Below are positions 52,130-64,000 of a stretch of 64,000 bases of DNA, piece after piece (the first letter of the stretch is position 1; every line of letters starts with the position of its first letter). Under the pieces are notes generated by a model. That model searched no databases. It saw only the letters and a program-made list of their open reading frames with translations, and was not told the origin of the DNA. A program made the position numbers and the translations under genes. Source of the stretch: Bispira polyomma (Eukaryota); the NCBI GenBank assembly GCA_965649765.1, contig OZ287748.1:11594001-11658000 (forward strand), written 5' to 3'.

Positions 52130-52475
52130 AAATGCCCTCAAGTTAACTCCTTAGACTAAGATGAGGTCAGCAAGGTCATCTTATAATATTTTTGACAACA
52201 CCATCGAAGGCCTAGTTGTTCCGACGATTAAGTTCCTTTGAGGCAGAGGTTATATAAAGGGGGTCTGAAGAGTCAAGGTCACAAATTCTGGACTAAAGGT
52301 CAGTGGTCATTCCATGAGACTGCACATCTGCAGCCTCAAACTCTAATTTGTACCAAATAATCATCTGTTTTTATGTAAGGCACAATTCTACCAGTTCTGT
52401 CCATACATTAAGTTTCTCTAATTAAGTTTTCGAAAAAGATTCGGGTAATGCAGACATCGTCTGCACAAACAAAAT
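52130..52475 (-). mobile_element. Highly decayed non-LTR RT fragment
   Basis: CADDVCIT (YADD-like) followed by VTL and LNRRNN relics. Confidence 0.35.
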
Positions 52476-53958
52476 ATGGTTTTGCTTATAACTTCAAAAA
52501 CATGTGAAAACAAATCAACACTTTCAAACACATGTAGAGTCAACCTAAATATTACAGTCTATTCCAAGTTCCAGTCTAAACCTTTTAACATCATATCAAG
52601 AGCTTTGAATATGAAAATGCTTACAGAAACTTCAAATCTTGAAATAGAAATATTGTTTATTATAAATACTGCTTTTTTTCCAAAAAAAGATACACATTCT
52701 CAAATGTTGTTTACTGCTGTACGGACGTGGCATGAAAGATTTTATCATTTTGTTATTAGACTGGAAAGTGGTTGAACCATTAAGAAACAAGAAAAGACCA
52801 CAAGAGCACATAGTCTTTTCTGGCTAAGAATATCAGAATAAACCTCTTCAAGATATAATGTCTTCACAGATAGGAACAGCACTAGGGTTAAATATACCAT
52901 TGTCAATGAGTTATCATTTAGATGTATTAATGTTACAAGGAAAGGCCGAATAGAGTACACTGATGTACACTTATCAGGTTAGACAATGGGTCCTGGTTTT
53001 TAGAATGAAACAAATGACATTTAGCTCCTTTACGTCCTGAATACAGCCAGAGAAAAGTTAAATTGAAAAACATTTTGTAAATTTTATCCCATAACATTTT
53101 AAAGGCATGAAATCCAGAACATTCAGATTGTGGAAATATTTGTAACACACACATTAAAAAGTGCTGAAAAAAAACCCCTAATTAAAACACCTAATTACAT
53201 TAAAGAACTTTAAGCTATAAGAAGTTACCTTGCTGTTTGCTATGATGCGTTCTGAAACCTAATTACATTTGACAAAATTGTTACAAATAATTCATTCCGT
53301 AAACCGTAACATATTGCAATACTAATATATATCCTGTTTAGATGATTATAATTTATAAATTAGAAACAAATCAAAATACAATCAGATTACATTAGGACTT
53401 ACCATAAAGTGAGCAAAACCATCCAAGAAGAGACATACTAATGTCTTCTACTGGCCTTTGTCAAACACTTTAGTATATTACAAACCATGTAGTACTACTA
53501 CACCATTTTAGCTAAACAGCAGAAATTTAATTTTACAAGAATCTAGCAGAATCTCAATTGTATAAATAGAGAAGATGTATGATATAAACTTGAAATTTTC
53601 AATAATATATATTCAGCAAAACAACACCTGACGGTGTGTATATTGAATGATGGGTTCACATCCCTTTTTCATGGGCAAATCCCCCTGGATTGCTAGGATT
53701 GCTAACCCTATAAAGTCCCTTAAATATTTTGCGTTTCAGCACGATGAGTTCCCCTTTTGAGGAAGAAAAGGCACCTACAAAGATTTAGACTAGATTTAAA
53801 CATTTAAGCAAAAGTCCTGGACCAAGAAGTTAAAATTTTAATGTAAAAATTAACATATGACCTTGCTATAATTAACAAATTTGTTAACATTCGTTCTCCA
53901 AAGGTACATTAATATATGGCTAATCATAAGGACAGTGGGCCACTCAAACCAACCCTAC

Positions 53959-54072
53959 CTGTCTTCCCTTTAGTTCCTCTTCTTCATCTTCTTCCATAGC
54001 AGGCAGTGAAATCCCTGCATCATCAAGTTTGTAGTCAAAGACCAACCCTTCCTCAGGGAATGTCATCTCAAT
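53959..54072 (-). CDS. DNAH1: Dynein HC exon: IEMTFPEEGLVFDYKLDDAGIS...LKGRQ
   Basis: ATACAG acceptor, GTAGGG donor, 114 nt. Confidence 0.94.
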
Positions 54073-54233
54073 CTGTATAAACAACGGTACACCTTAGTCA
54101 AAGACCAAAACGTACTTATGGAATGTCATCTCAATCTGTATAAACAATGGTACACCTTAGTCAAAGACCAGCCTTACTTAGGGGGATGTCATCTCAATCT
54201 GTAAAAACAACTATACATCTTCGTCAAAGACCA
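54032..54233 (-). repeat. 63-bp tandem repeat (3 units) containing the 3' splice site and 41 nt of exon 53959-54072
   Basis: tagtcaaagacca (last copy tcg-) at 54032, 54095, 54158 and 54221. Confidence 0.95.
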
Positions 54234-54261
54234 ATCTTTTGCGTATTTAAATATATTTCCT

Positions 54262-54442
54262 ATGGCCTAGTGGTTAGGGAGTTGGTCTAAAAATTAGAAG
54301 GTCCAAGGTTCTACTCTTGGTACCGGCCGCTAGTTTTATTGGTGGGATAACATCCTTGGGCATGATGTGTTTGCCTAGTGGTTCGGATGACACTAGGTCT
54401 TATCTCCAGTAGCAGGCTAAAGATCCTTGAGGACGTTGATAA
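54262..54442 (+). mobile_element. Second SINE family (possibly CORE-like)
   Basis: TGGCCTAGTGG A box and aacatccttgggca motif, shared with 23358-23545. Confidence 0.55.
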
Positions 54443-54713
54443 ATGGTCATCTTCAAGCCTCTCTCTTTAGTGAGGGGAATGACAGTACCTGATGCAGTAA
54501 CTGCGGGTTAATTGGTGCTCTAGATATCAGGTGAAGATAAATATATGTGCCAAGTATAAATATGAATACAAATATATTTTCGATCAACAGTTCTTGATTT
54601 TGATTTCCAATAGGCCTTTTTAAGATCCAAAATGAATGGTGTTTTGGTAGCCAGTTTGCCATAAAAAACTAGAAGAACAAGTACGATTTTTTTCAATGAG
54701 ACCATGGGCCTAC

Positions 54714-54872
54714 CTTATTTTCCTTGCAGTGTTCTCTGAGCCACTTGTCAAACTTTTTCCTGCCGTCGTTGTCTGTGGTAGAGCCCAGGGACCAGACAAA
54801 GCTAAACATGAACCAGGGCTCAATCAGCTCTCCAATACGAGCAAGGCGATCTTCTGGGATAGGACGGTCACC
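54714..54872 (-). CDS. DNAH1: Dynein HC exon: GDRPIPEDRLARIGELIEPWFMFSFVWSLG...CKENK
   Basis: TTGTAG acceptor, GTAGGC donor, 159 nt. Confidence 0.95.
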
Positions 54873-55299
54873 CTACAACAACGCAACATCTCTTAAAAAA
54901 CTAATATTTTATACAACAAGCAACTCTAACTATACATCATTCTAGCAAAAAAACATTTCTAGCACAGCTAACTAAAATTACTGATAGTCCACTATCTTGC
55001 ATAGAAATAGAAAAGTGTTGTGAGAAAAAAAAAATTCTATTTACACTTAAGACTACACTGGGAATAACTTAATGCACAAAAAATTCTCATCAAAGTACTA
55101 TTTCTTTACTATTTTTAAGTATGCAAGATGTCAGATAACAAAAATAGTACATAATACTGAATGAAAAAAAAATATATATATAGTAAAGAGCTTAACATAT
55201 ATTGTAAATAGCTTAATGTGTTTACAAGTGATATAAAGTTACCACCTATAACAATTGCTACAACTGTCTTTCCTTAGTCCCAACCAAATTCAGACTACT

Positions 55300-55451
55300 G
55301 GCCGGATCAGACGACGCAGTAAAATTGCATAGCATGAACCATGACAGTGCTCTAATTCCATGCTACAATATCAAAGGGAATTGCCGACATTCTTACATTT
55401 TATGTACCAAATTTAAAATTGCATACAACCAGTTGCATCGTGTGAACTGCC
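55300..55451. mobile_element. MITE (Harbinger-like termini)
   Basis: ggccggatcagacgacgcagt pairs imperfectly with agttgcatcgtgtgaactgcc. Confidence 0.5.
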
Positions 55452-56115
55452 TTTATAACAACATTATAGTTTGAAATATTTCACTACCAGAATGGCAACA
55501 AGATATATTTGGAGACTTTAAACAGAAATTATATTTGGTAACAAAATGTTTAGGTAACATATCAAAGGGATTGATTAATATAAGTATATAGGTATTAGAG
55601 ATGTGGGTCAGGTGATATGAAAAACAGTAATTATTAGTGGACAGATACACAACAGAGATATCAAATAACATTAATAGAATTTAATACAATATTATAAAGA
55701 TCATTTAAATCAGAGATGTTATGCTAAAACACACAAAACATGAATATTGTTTGTAATTTAAATGAGAACTTTCTCACTATCTTTAGAAAATGTTATTATT
55801 TTAGTTTCAGTGGTCGCTTTTTGTACACCAAATATAGATAGTATAAATATGTATTAATTTCCTAATACGTAAAAAAAAATTTAAATTACCAGTAGGCAAA
55901 TGTTAAAAGTTAAAATTTTTGTTGCTAATAAAATTTTACTAATTTTGATGACAAGTTATTAATAATGCAAAAAAATTGAAAAAATATGGTGAAAAAATGA
56001 TTGAGTGAATTGACTTAAAATTGGTCACTAAGAATGATTGTTTTAGGGTAAATTTAAAAAATCAACAAAAAACTATTTCACAGCTCTTCAATATTTTAAC
56101 TGCTAAGTTAATATA

Positions 56116-56257
56116 GGAATAAAAAATACAAACTCGTGTTTTATGAGCATTTTAAACAATTCCTGGGGTTAAATTAATACACTCACCCTGATGGATTAAT
56201 TTAACCCCAGAGATTGTTTAAAATGTGCATAAAACACAAGTTTGTAATTTTTATTCC
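56116..56257. repeat. 142-bp imperfect palindrome
   Basis: ggaataaaaa...ctggggttaaattaat / attaatttaaccccag...tttttattcc. Confidence 0.9.
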
Positions 56258-58454
56258 GCTTCCAAAATGATAAACCATTATTTGTTATTGTCATGAGCCC
56301 ATGATACTTAAAACGTGTTACTACTACTTAGGCGGTTTTATGTTGTGGCTGTTTCATAATAAATATATGACAACTGAGTTTGAAAGTATTAAAATTTTTA
56401 AATTACAAAAAAAAATGCAGATTATTTATTAAAAGCTTACAATTTATTGAAGGTAAAAATTTCATGGGAATGCCTATTTTATTGCCATTATTATGCTTTT
56501 CGTTTCATTAAACTCCCTTAAGAAATAGCTGACATTTAAATTTAAATACGCAAGGGCACCAAGGGTGATTAATGGAAGAATGTAAACAACCTACCCTGCA
56601 TTACACTGCGTGATTTATGCAGATTTAAACCATTGCGCAAAAAAATGTGCTCACAGACGTTGCGCACCCTACCATTTTAAAATACAGTATATTATATTTC
56701 TGTCCCAATTTAAAAGACTTTGTCATTAATAATAAAGCTATGACATCACAAGCTGTGTATATTAGATAATTGTATTCTAGGTTACACACATAATATTAAT
56801 CAACACATAGGCGGCTATAAATCTGACATGCAAACCTTCAATCAAGACTCTCATTTTATTGTTGAGATTACCATAAGGCATACAGAGTAATGAAAACATT
56901 GTCCTGAAACTGTTACTGGCCCACTTTAAAAGTACGTTGTCTTTATATACAGTGTTATGGTAGGATTTTTTATGGAACTTAAACCATAATCTGGAAACTA
57001 GGATTTAAGTGGCCATACAGACTGTTTACACAAAATATCAGATGTAGTGGAGCAACCATTTTATTTATTATACAAATGCCAAAGTTATTTGACAAAGTCA
57101 AATTTTTTTAAGAATGTGACCAAGAAAAATCACTTAGTCCATTAAAAATAAGGCCAACATTCACATAAAACAAAACCTAAAACTCCACAAAAATGATAAA
57201 TAATAGGGTTGTTTTCACAAGACAAAACAATTTAAGACAGTAACAGCCATCTTGTATTCTGAATGTCAGCAAAATCACAATCTCCAAAATCATCTGAGCT
57301 AGAGGACAATAATTTAATGGTAAAATTATACAAGAAATGGGTGAACAGAGAACTATATCTATAGTAGTTGTCCTGTTAGTATCTTAACAGACATAAGGTG
57401 GGTAGTAGTGGAGATGATAACCTTCATGCCACTTCTAATGTGATAAACAAATACAGTCAGACCTGTGTCTAACGGCTTATGCCAAGGGTGCCGGTGCCAA
57501 GGGTATGGTCTCTGAACTTACAGCAAGGATCAAAACCTTATACCCTGCAGTATGAAGCCCACCAATACTCTTACCTTTTAGGACACAGAGACCACACACT
57601 GATGGGATAACTGATGTATCAGATAAACAAAGTCTATTATGCCTTCAAAGTTAAAAAATAGAATTTCATCAAATTATTCTGTCTATGAGAGTGTCACAGT
57701 TTCAGTACAACAGCTTTCACAATACCACTAACTTTATGTATACTAATTACCAGTAACACATTGTACAAAATAGAAAACAGTCTTTGACCTCACAGGCAAA
57801 AAGCATATGTTTTATATGACGATCGCTATATGAGGGATGGACACAATATTTTGATAAACTGAAATTTACAAATTTTTTTTTTTTTTGAGGGGGGGGGGGG
57901 GATAAACATTGTTATACAAGTGATTATCGGTTAAATGTTAAGGGTCCATAGTAAGAGGTCATTGTCAGACTGTTTTCAGCATGCTTATAAATAGAAAACA
58001 CACAGATGGTTCATTGCTACAAAAAAAAAAAAACTCAACCACCGGTTAATCAAGAATCAAGAAATACACAGTTTATATTTTAAAGATCATTCTGAATACA
58101 CAGGGTCAAGGTTGGTCATGGGTGGGGAATGGCTGGGGATAATAGTTACAATATTACAATATTGAGTATATGCGTCCCACAACCAATCTTACCGATTTGG
58201 CAATGCGCTTCCCCATGATTTCAAGATACCTCTGCGATGTGAAGCAAATATCATAGAAAGAGTTTGTACATACATTGTATTATTATTACAAAAGACAACA
58301 ATAACTGGCATAGTTCTTCTCATTCTTCTAACACTGACAGCATTCTGCGTGCACACAAGCTACACCAAATGTTATATCATGAATTAATAGCATCACGGTT
58401 TGATAGTTTCATATATACTGAAAACCTTAATGAAAGACAGCATTGGGCAAAGTA

Positions 58455-58593
58455 CAGTAAAACCTATATTATCCAAACTTCTGTTATCCAAATTGTTAAC
58501 TTTTTATTAATTCTATTTTACCTCTCCCAAATTTGTGTTCGTCTTATTGTATTGTCCAAACAAAATCTGTTTAGATATGAATAGGTTGTACTG
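58455..58593. mobile_element. Tc1/mariner (pogo/Tigger-type) MITE
   Basis: TA|CAGTAAAACCTAT ... ATAGGTTGTACTG|TA; relatives at 5498-5681, 32055-32240 and 41040-41227. Confidence 0.75.
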
Positions 58594-58635
58594 TAGTTTA
58601 GTGTTGTTAGTAACATTGTTTTGGAATATACTCAC

Positions 58636-59010
58636 CTCACTTATACATAGTGTGTATTTATAACAAAAATATACTACTACTGCAAAAAAAAAAAATCCTG
58701 GATTATTGTAAACTGAAATCAGGTTAAATATGGTGTCCAAGGCTTCCCACATGTAAACAGCAACACCAAAGAGAGAAAGTCCAACGAACTGAACAACATA
58801 CAAAATGTACTCCACTAAGTCAAAGAAAATAGCTTGAAACAGGCTTATGACTTAAATTAGACTTGTCATGTAACAAATACAGCATGAAGGAATGTTCTTA
58901 AAGGTAAAATTTGAAATAAAAGCCCACACAATATATTGACAACATAGCCAGATGAGATTACAAACAATAGGAATGTCAACAAAGCCAAGCCAAGCAGAAA
59001 TTTCATACTT
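58636..59010 (-). pseudogene. Possible tetraspanin (TspanC8-like) gene relic, two exon-like pieces
   Basis: EISAWLGF...NLIW, then cag|FVGLSLFGVAVYMWEALDTIFNLISVYNNPGFFFFAVV...CISE|gtgagt; similarity judged by eye only. Confidence 0.35.
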
Positions 59011-61502
59011 CAAATTACAAATATTTCCTTCTTGTAAACAACGGTTGAACAATGGAGTATGGAAGAAGTAAGATGCCTACATAAAGGTACAGCATAGAGA
59101 TATTGGGCAATGAGCTGATTAACAGAATCCAACAAAATATAGAACAGCAATAATGTTGTGCATATATTCAAATAAGCATGTGTAATACCCACTTAAGTTA
59201 TTAAAACTGTTTGGGAGAAAAAAAGATTTTATTCAGATAATAAATGTTGAAGTAAGGTTTTAATTAAGGTAAATTTATGAAAATTGCTTGCAAAATTATA
59301 GTCTTAAATGACCATCAATTTCAATCTTGGGCCCATATTTACAATTTATATATCAGACTGCCTTTTTTAGAAAGAAGCCAATCAGATTTCTTGAGACAGT
59401 TTGACCAGCAAATCAAATTTCTTGAAACCTGGTGTGTCATCATAAAGGATTGTATGTTACTAAGATTGTGACCAAAAACTAGACAGCAATGCTGGAACTA
59501 AAACTAATCTAACCTTATCAAACTTTAATCTACATTAAGGTGGATTGTAAAGCACATTTATCATGATCATATTTAAGTCTTGTAACGTCCTTTTCTGAAA
59601 GTTAGCCATTATTATCCCAAGAGACCCAGGAATGAATATGAAACTAGGGAGGGAAAGCAAATGAGTATGTCTTTGAGTTTTCTTCTAAACGATGACAAAC
59701 CCCAAATAGAAAGTCTGCAGATTTTAAGAAATGTCTATGCCAAAGATATATTATAAGCTTGACAAACTTTGATTTAAAAGCTTTGAAGTTGAAAAAGATA
59801 TACATGTACTGGGTTAAATATGGCAAGCACTGAAATGGCTGTAAAGCTTTGCGCAAGACTGGGTCTTTTACGAGCACTGGAACAATGAGACATCAACTAC
59901 ACAAAGCAACTACTACAACGTAATGGCCACAAAATTTTTAGCAAACTAAAAAACAAAATACAAGCTGTAAAATGAAGACTAAAAGATTACACTAAACAGC
60001 TAGTTACCAGCTGCTACCTACAACTTCTTATAAGCACTAAAAATTATACATGGTTAGACGGTTTTTAAAGATGAGTTAGAAAAACTGCTGAATGCACTGA
60101 TAGTCTTACCACACGTCGCTGGTTCCCCTACATTAAATACGTGTCAGTTATGGATAAATTACTTTGTTGTCACAACTGACTCACACAGATATTGAAAAGC
60201 AATTGTTCCATGAATTTTCTAGTCAAAAATGTTCACTTTTCAGATAGTACATATAATTATAATCATTAAAAAATTTGGTGATATTTGACTTTGTGAACTA
60301 CATTACAAGTATATATAATAGTACAACCTCCTATCACTACTTACAGTACCATCAGATTCAGTTCCACACTTGTTATCAAACTCACACCATTTTGCTGCAG
60401 TCACGACATTTTTATCTTAGTCAAAGCATAAAATTTTTGCTAGATTTTTAAGATTTCCTGAACTTTCCATGACCCCTTCTTGTTTTGTATGGCCTGTGGT
60501 GGACCAAATATTCTGTCCCATGTAGGAAGATTCCTTGCTGTTATTTTGACGACAGAATCGCCAGTCGGCTAGCTATCAGTCAAAAAACAGTCATTGGTGT
60601 AGTCCCGTAGCAGTAGTTGGGAGACTAGTGGAGCTATGTGTGTTTGATCGAAGACCTGCTATTTCATGAATACTACCCATGGAAAATACAATTTCAAGAG
60701 AACCTTCTTTTACCCTCTACAGAGAACCTATCACACAAAAGAGCCACTGATTTTTTTGCCCCCAATTTATGTGTGTCTGTCTGGGAATTTAGTTTTATGA
60801 ATTAGCAACAACAAAAAAATGAAATCACTGCACACAAAAACATAATTGTCCAAGAATATTCATTAAGTCTAGTTATGAAACAAGATTTTATGCTTTACAA
60901 TCTATAACTCTTTATGTATATAATTTAAGGGTTCAGTAACATAAACACAAACAGCAATCACAGATGAACGGCATGAACTACATTACAAACAAAAGAATTT
61001 CTTTGGTTCTGCACCATTTTACGTTTATGGTACGATTTATCTGTGGTGTTATGTGTGTTTACGTTACTAAAGCCTCAAGGAAAATTTGTGAAAGTATAAC
61101 AACTTAAAAACAACACGTTACAAAGCAAACAAAATCTGTATGCAACTCAATAATGTTTAAAGTAAATTAATGCACCAATGACAAGCTTCAAACCAACACA
61201 AACATTAATGGAACAAAACTGTTAAAATACGCAGTTCAAAAACAGACACTATAACATCCCTTATAACTCTCAATACATAATTGTAACTCAATATTTCTGA
61301 ATAGAATAAATCACACATTCTAAAGCAAAATTTAAAAAAAAAGACAAACAAATAACTTTCTTTTTCTACTTTAAACTGAAAATTATAATCAACTATCATA
61401 CTCTTCTAGCACAGCAAAAAAACCACAGCAGACGAATATAGCTCTATGTGTAAAAATATATGTACTATTATTCCATGACTCTATAGAAATGGGTTGCTTT
61501 AC

Positions 61503-61622
61503 CTCTTTTGGTATGAAGGGTGCAAACAGGCAGTCTAACAGTTTGAAGAGGGAACAAGCCAAGTTACTGTCCATGGTTGGGACGTACTCCTTTAGATTCT
61601 TCCTCAAAAACTCAATGGCTGG
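61503..61622 (-). CDS. DNAH1: Dynein HC exon: PAIEFLRKNLKEYVPT...FAPFIPKE
   Basis: TTTTAG acceptor, GTAAAG donor, 120 nt. Confidence 0.94.
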
Positions 61623-62001
61623 CTAAAAAAAAACAAAACCCAACAAAGATATGGGGTTATTACCAAGACAATATGTACTCAAATCTATTTTATCCACATG
61701 TCTTAATATCCAAATAAAGTTAACTTGTTTGGTAGTGTAATCGTTTGACACCTTCCAGTTTTATGTGAGGGGAAAAGAAACAGAATCCGATTTACCTATG
61801 GGCAGTAATGACGGTGTGCATTTAATCATCTCAGATATTGTGTGCGCAGAAAATAACAAACAGCAAAGCTTGTTGTGTTAGAATTTTAAATCAAACTGTG
61901 GGAAAATATTATTCCTTTGAAATACAACCACTTTTGTATCACAATTGTGTGTATACTAATTGATAAATGTGAGCTGGTATTATCACTCAACCAATAAACA
62001 C

Positions 62002-62469
62002 TAGTACTGTCACGACATTCGCTATGGTCGAATAATTTGGCCGGCACGGTCTATTTTGAATGTCGGATTCAGTCAAGAACACATAATAAAACCTTTTTAC
62101 AGCAGTTTCTGTGTAGTTTTTTGTGTCATCTACCACTAATTTTGGAGGATATTTTAAACATAATTGACAGCTTACATCAATAGCATTGTTTACACAGTAA
62201 CTTCTCTAATAGCGCCACCTACCGAATGTATATGGGCTATCATTCTCCCCAGTATAGATGCAATGTTTTTCTTTTCATTTGAAGTGAAGTTGAAATAATA
62301 TGTTAAAAACAGCAAAAATTCTCTGCTTATTTGTGAATTACAATCTATCATGTGAAGGTAAAAAGGGTTTCTTTTTATTAACAATTTGCTGACGTTTGGG
62401 GAAATGTATGTGGATATTTGTCGATACTCGGTCGGTAAACGTGAGCAATAATTGAAAATGGCAGTACTT
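62002..62469. mobile_element. hAT-like MITE
   Basis: TAGTACTG / CAGTACTT termini, perfect 8-bp TSD ataaacac. Confidence 0.85.
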
Positions 62470-62521
62470 ATAAACACCCATGTAATAATTCTAGTCATCA
62501 GTTAGGTGGTGGGATGCTTAC

Positions 62522-62695
62522 CTCTAGGAAGGCATCAAACATTGTCTGTAGCTTTTCCTTATATGGGTAGATGTTGTCTGGTAGCTTCTTTAGCCAGCAT
62601 TCCACAAATGGGGGAATACCCAAAATACTGGGCTCTAAGTACACCATACCACAACGACTCACAGTGGCAGGGGAGGCGACAGCCAGATCTTGTAC
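62522..62695 (-). CDS. DNAH1: Dynein HC exon: VQDLAVASPATVSRCGMVYLEP...FDAFLE
   Basis: TTACAG acceptor, GTAAGC donor, 174 nt. Confidence 0.96.
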
Positions 62696-63130
62696 CTGTA
62701 AAACATACATGTAATTAAGTAAAAGCCTATTGTAACCCTCTAAGTACACAATACCACAACGACTCACAGTGACAGGGGGGGCTTAAAAGCCAGATCTTGT
62801 ACCTATGAACATTTACTTCACTTGACATATACCTTTACATTTTATTAACTGACTTTCCACAGCCTTCCATACTTTCTAATCTTTTCCACTTGTGTGTACA
62901 ACATTTATCAATGTGACTGTAGATCTTACTGGACTTGGATTATGGACCTTGGGTTGGCACTACAGTTCTACTAAATAATTTCAATATACCTTGGATCTTG
63001 GCACATACTGGTATCCTAGTTGACACGGCAACTCTGTATCTTAATGTTATAAGCTAGACTGTACCCATGACATTACACTGTTTTCAAGGTAAGTCTAATG
63101 ATCAAACTTCATCTGACAATGTATGTGTAC

Positions 63131-63329
63131 CTCAAACATCATGGTCATCTGGTCACTCAGTTTGATGATTTCTCCAGAGCTCAGACACAGCTTCTTGTTG
63201 TCATCCAGCACAGTGTTCATACTCTCAATCCAGACAGCGTCCACAGGACCATCAAACATGTACCACCTCATATCCTCATTGCCAGAGGACACACCCAGTC
63301 GGATCAGAGCAGGCAGGATACCATCAGTC
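63131..63329 (-). CDS. DNAH1: Dynein HC exon (AAA2 Walker B region): [10 protein letters not shown]...[31 protein letters not shown]...MMFE
   Basis: TTTTAG acceptor, GAG|GTACAC donor, 199 nt. Confidence 0.96.
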
Positions 63330-63700
63330 CTAAAACAGAATTACCATCAATCCTGTAGGACTCACATAATTACCATCAGTCCTGTAGTACTCACAGAATT
63401 ACCATCAGTCCTACAGTACTCACATAATTACCATTAGTCCTATAGTACTCACATAATTACCATCAGTCCTATAGTACTCACATAATTACCATCAGTCCTA
63501 CAGTACTCACAGAATTACCATTAGTCCTATAGTACTCACAGAATTACCATCAGTCCTATACTACTCATACAATTACCGTCAGTCCTACAGTACTCACAGA
63601 ATTACCATCAGTCCTATAGTACTCACAGAATTACCATCAGTCCTATAGTACTCACAGAATTACCATCAGTCCTATAGTACTCACAGAATTACCATCAGTC
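63319..63700 (-). repeat. 29-bp minisatellite (13 extra copies) made from the 3' splice site of exon 63131-63329
   Basis: Sense unit ATTCTGTGAGTACTATAG|GACTGATGGTA. Confidence 0.97.
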
Positions 63701-63891
63701 TATGAGGCCATGTAAGTTTATCCCTGAACCACGTTTGAGTGACACCGCTGTGGCAATGGTTTGTCAATGGTGGCCCATGAAACTTATATGTCCACGGACG
63801 GACTCTGTTGTGGGGAAGGGTATAATAATTGCATCAACTAGACAGTAAGACTTGTAACATCTTATGTAAACAATAGTCTGCCAGAACCTAC

Positions 63892-64000
63892 CACTCGTGA
63901 GTCAGTGGGTCAAACTCTCCATACAACTGCCCCATGGTGATAGACTTGGGGTTGAGGACATAAGTGTGGACCTGTTCAAAGTTTGTGCCATCTGGGGCAA
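63892..64000 (-). CDS. DNAH1: Dynein HC exon (partial, AAA2): [35 protein letters not shown](W)
   Basis: Donor TG|GTAGGT at 63891, phase 2; runs off the window. Confidence 0.95.

Larger units (their letters stand above)
8296..64000 (-). other. DNAH1: Axonemal dynein heavy chain gene, DNAH1-like (partial, 27 exons in window, open at both ends)
   Basis: Spliced translation is continuous and phase-consistent. Motifs include [65 protein letters not shown] and VVAEERPDLEEAKNQLIISNAKM, matching my recollection of DNAH1 rather than DNAH3/7. Confidence 0.9.

Noticed and set aside
61619-61624. Alternative acceptor TAG/CAG 4 nt apart
   Set aside because: The distal CAG would frameshift; a common configuration with no sign of use.
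28637-63700. Tandem arrays as CRISPR arrays
   Set aside because: No unique spacers, no cas genes, spliced eukaryotic context, and the units derive from exon edges.

Overview
AT-rich animal genomic DNA; the repeat content suggests a mollusc or other lophotrochozoan (inference). The whole window lies inside one minus-strand gene, an axonemal inner-arm dynein heavy chain most like DNAH1. I traced 27 exons (about 4,940 coding nt, about 1,646 aa, AAA2 through stalk/MTBD to the end of AAA5) with consistent GT-AG sites and phases from 64000 down to 8296. The gene continues beyond both edges. The last intron holds a disabled DIRS1-type retrotransposon (1-~4981, same strand, gag then RT-RNaseH-methyltransferase; the recombinase lies off-window). 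Other introns carry tRNA-derived SINEs, Harbinger/hAT/Tc1-type MITEs, a Helentron-type non-autonomous element and L2 fragments. The main unexplained pattern is that about 12 of the 53 visible exon-intron junctions have been locally copied into the adjacent intron. These form tandem arrays of 17-105 bp units (up to ~60 copies) or single partial-exon echoes that repeat the splice site plus the exon edge. Also notable: a signal-peptide/TM-like leader on the DIRS Gag, a 22-nt self-templated insertion that frameshifts gag, a miniature element with DIRS-like termini, and a tetraspanin-like in-frame cryptic exon. All calls come from manual reading; no searches were run.
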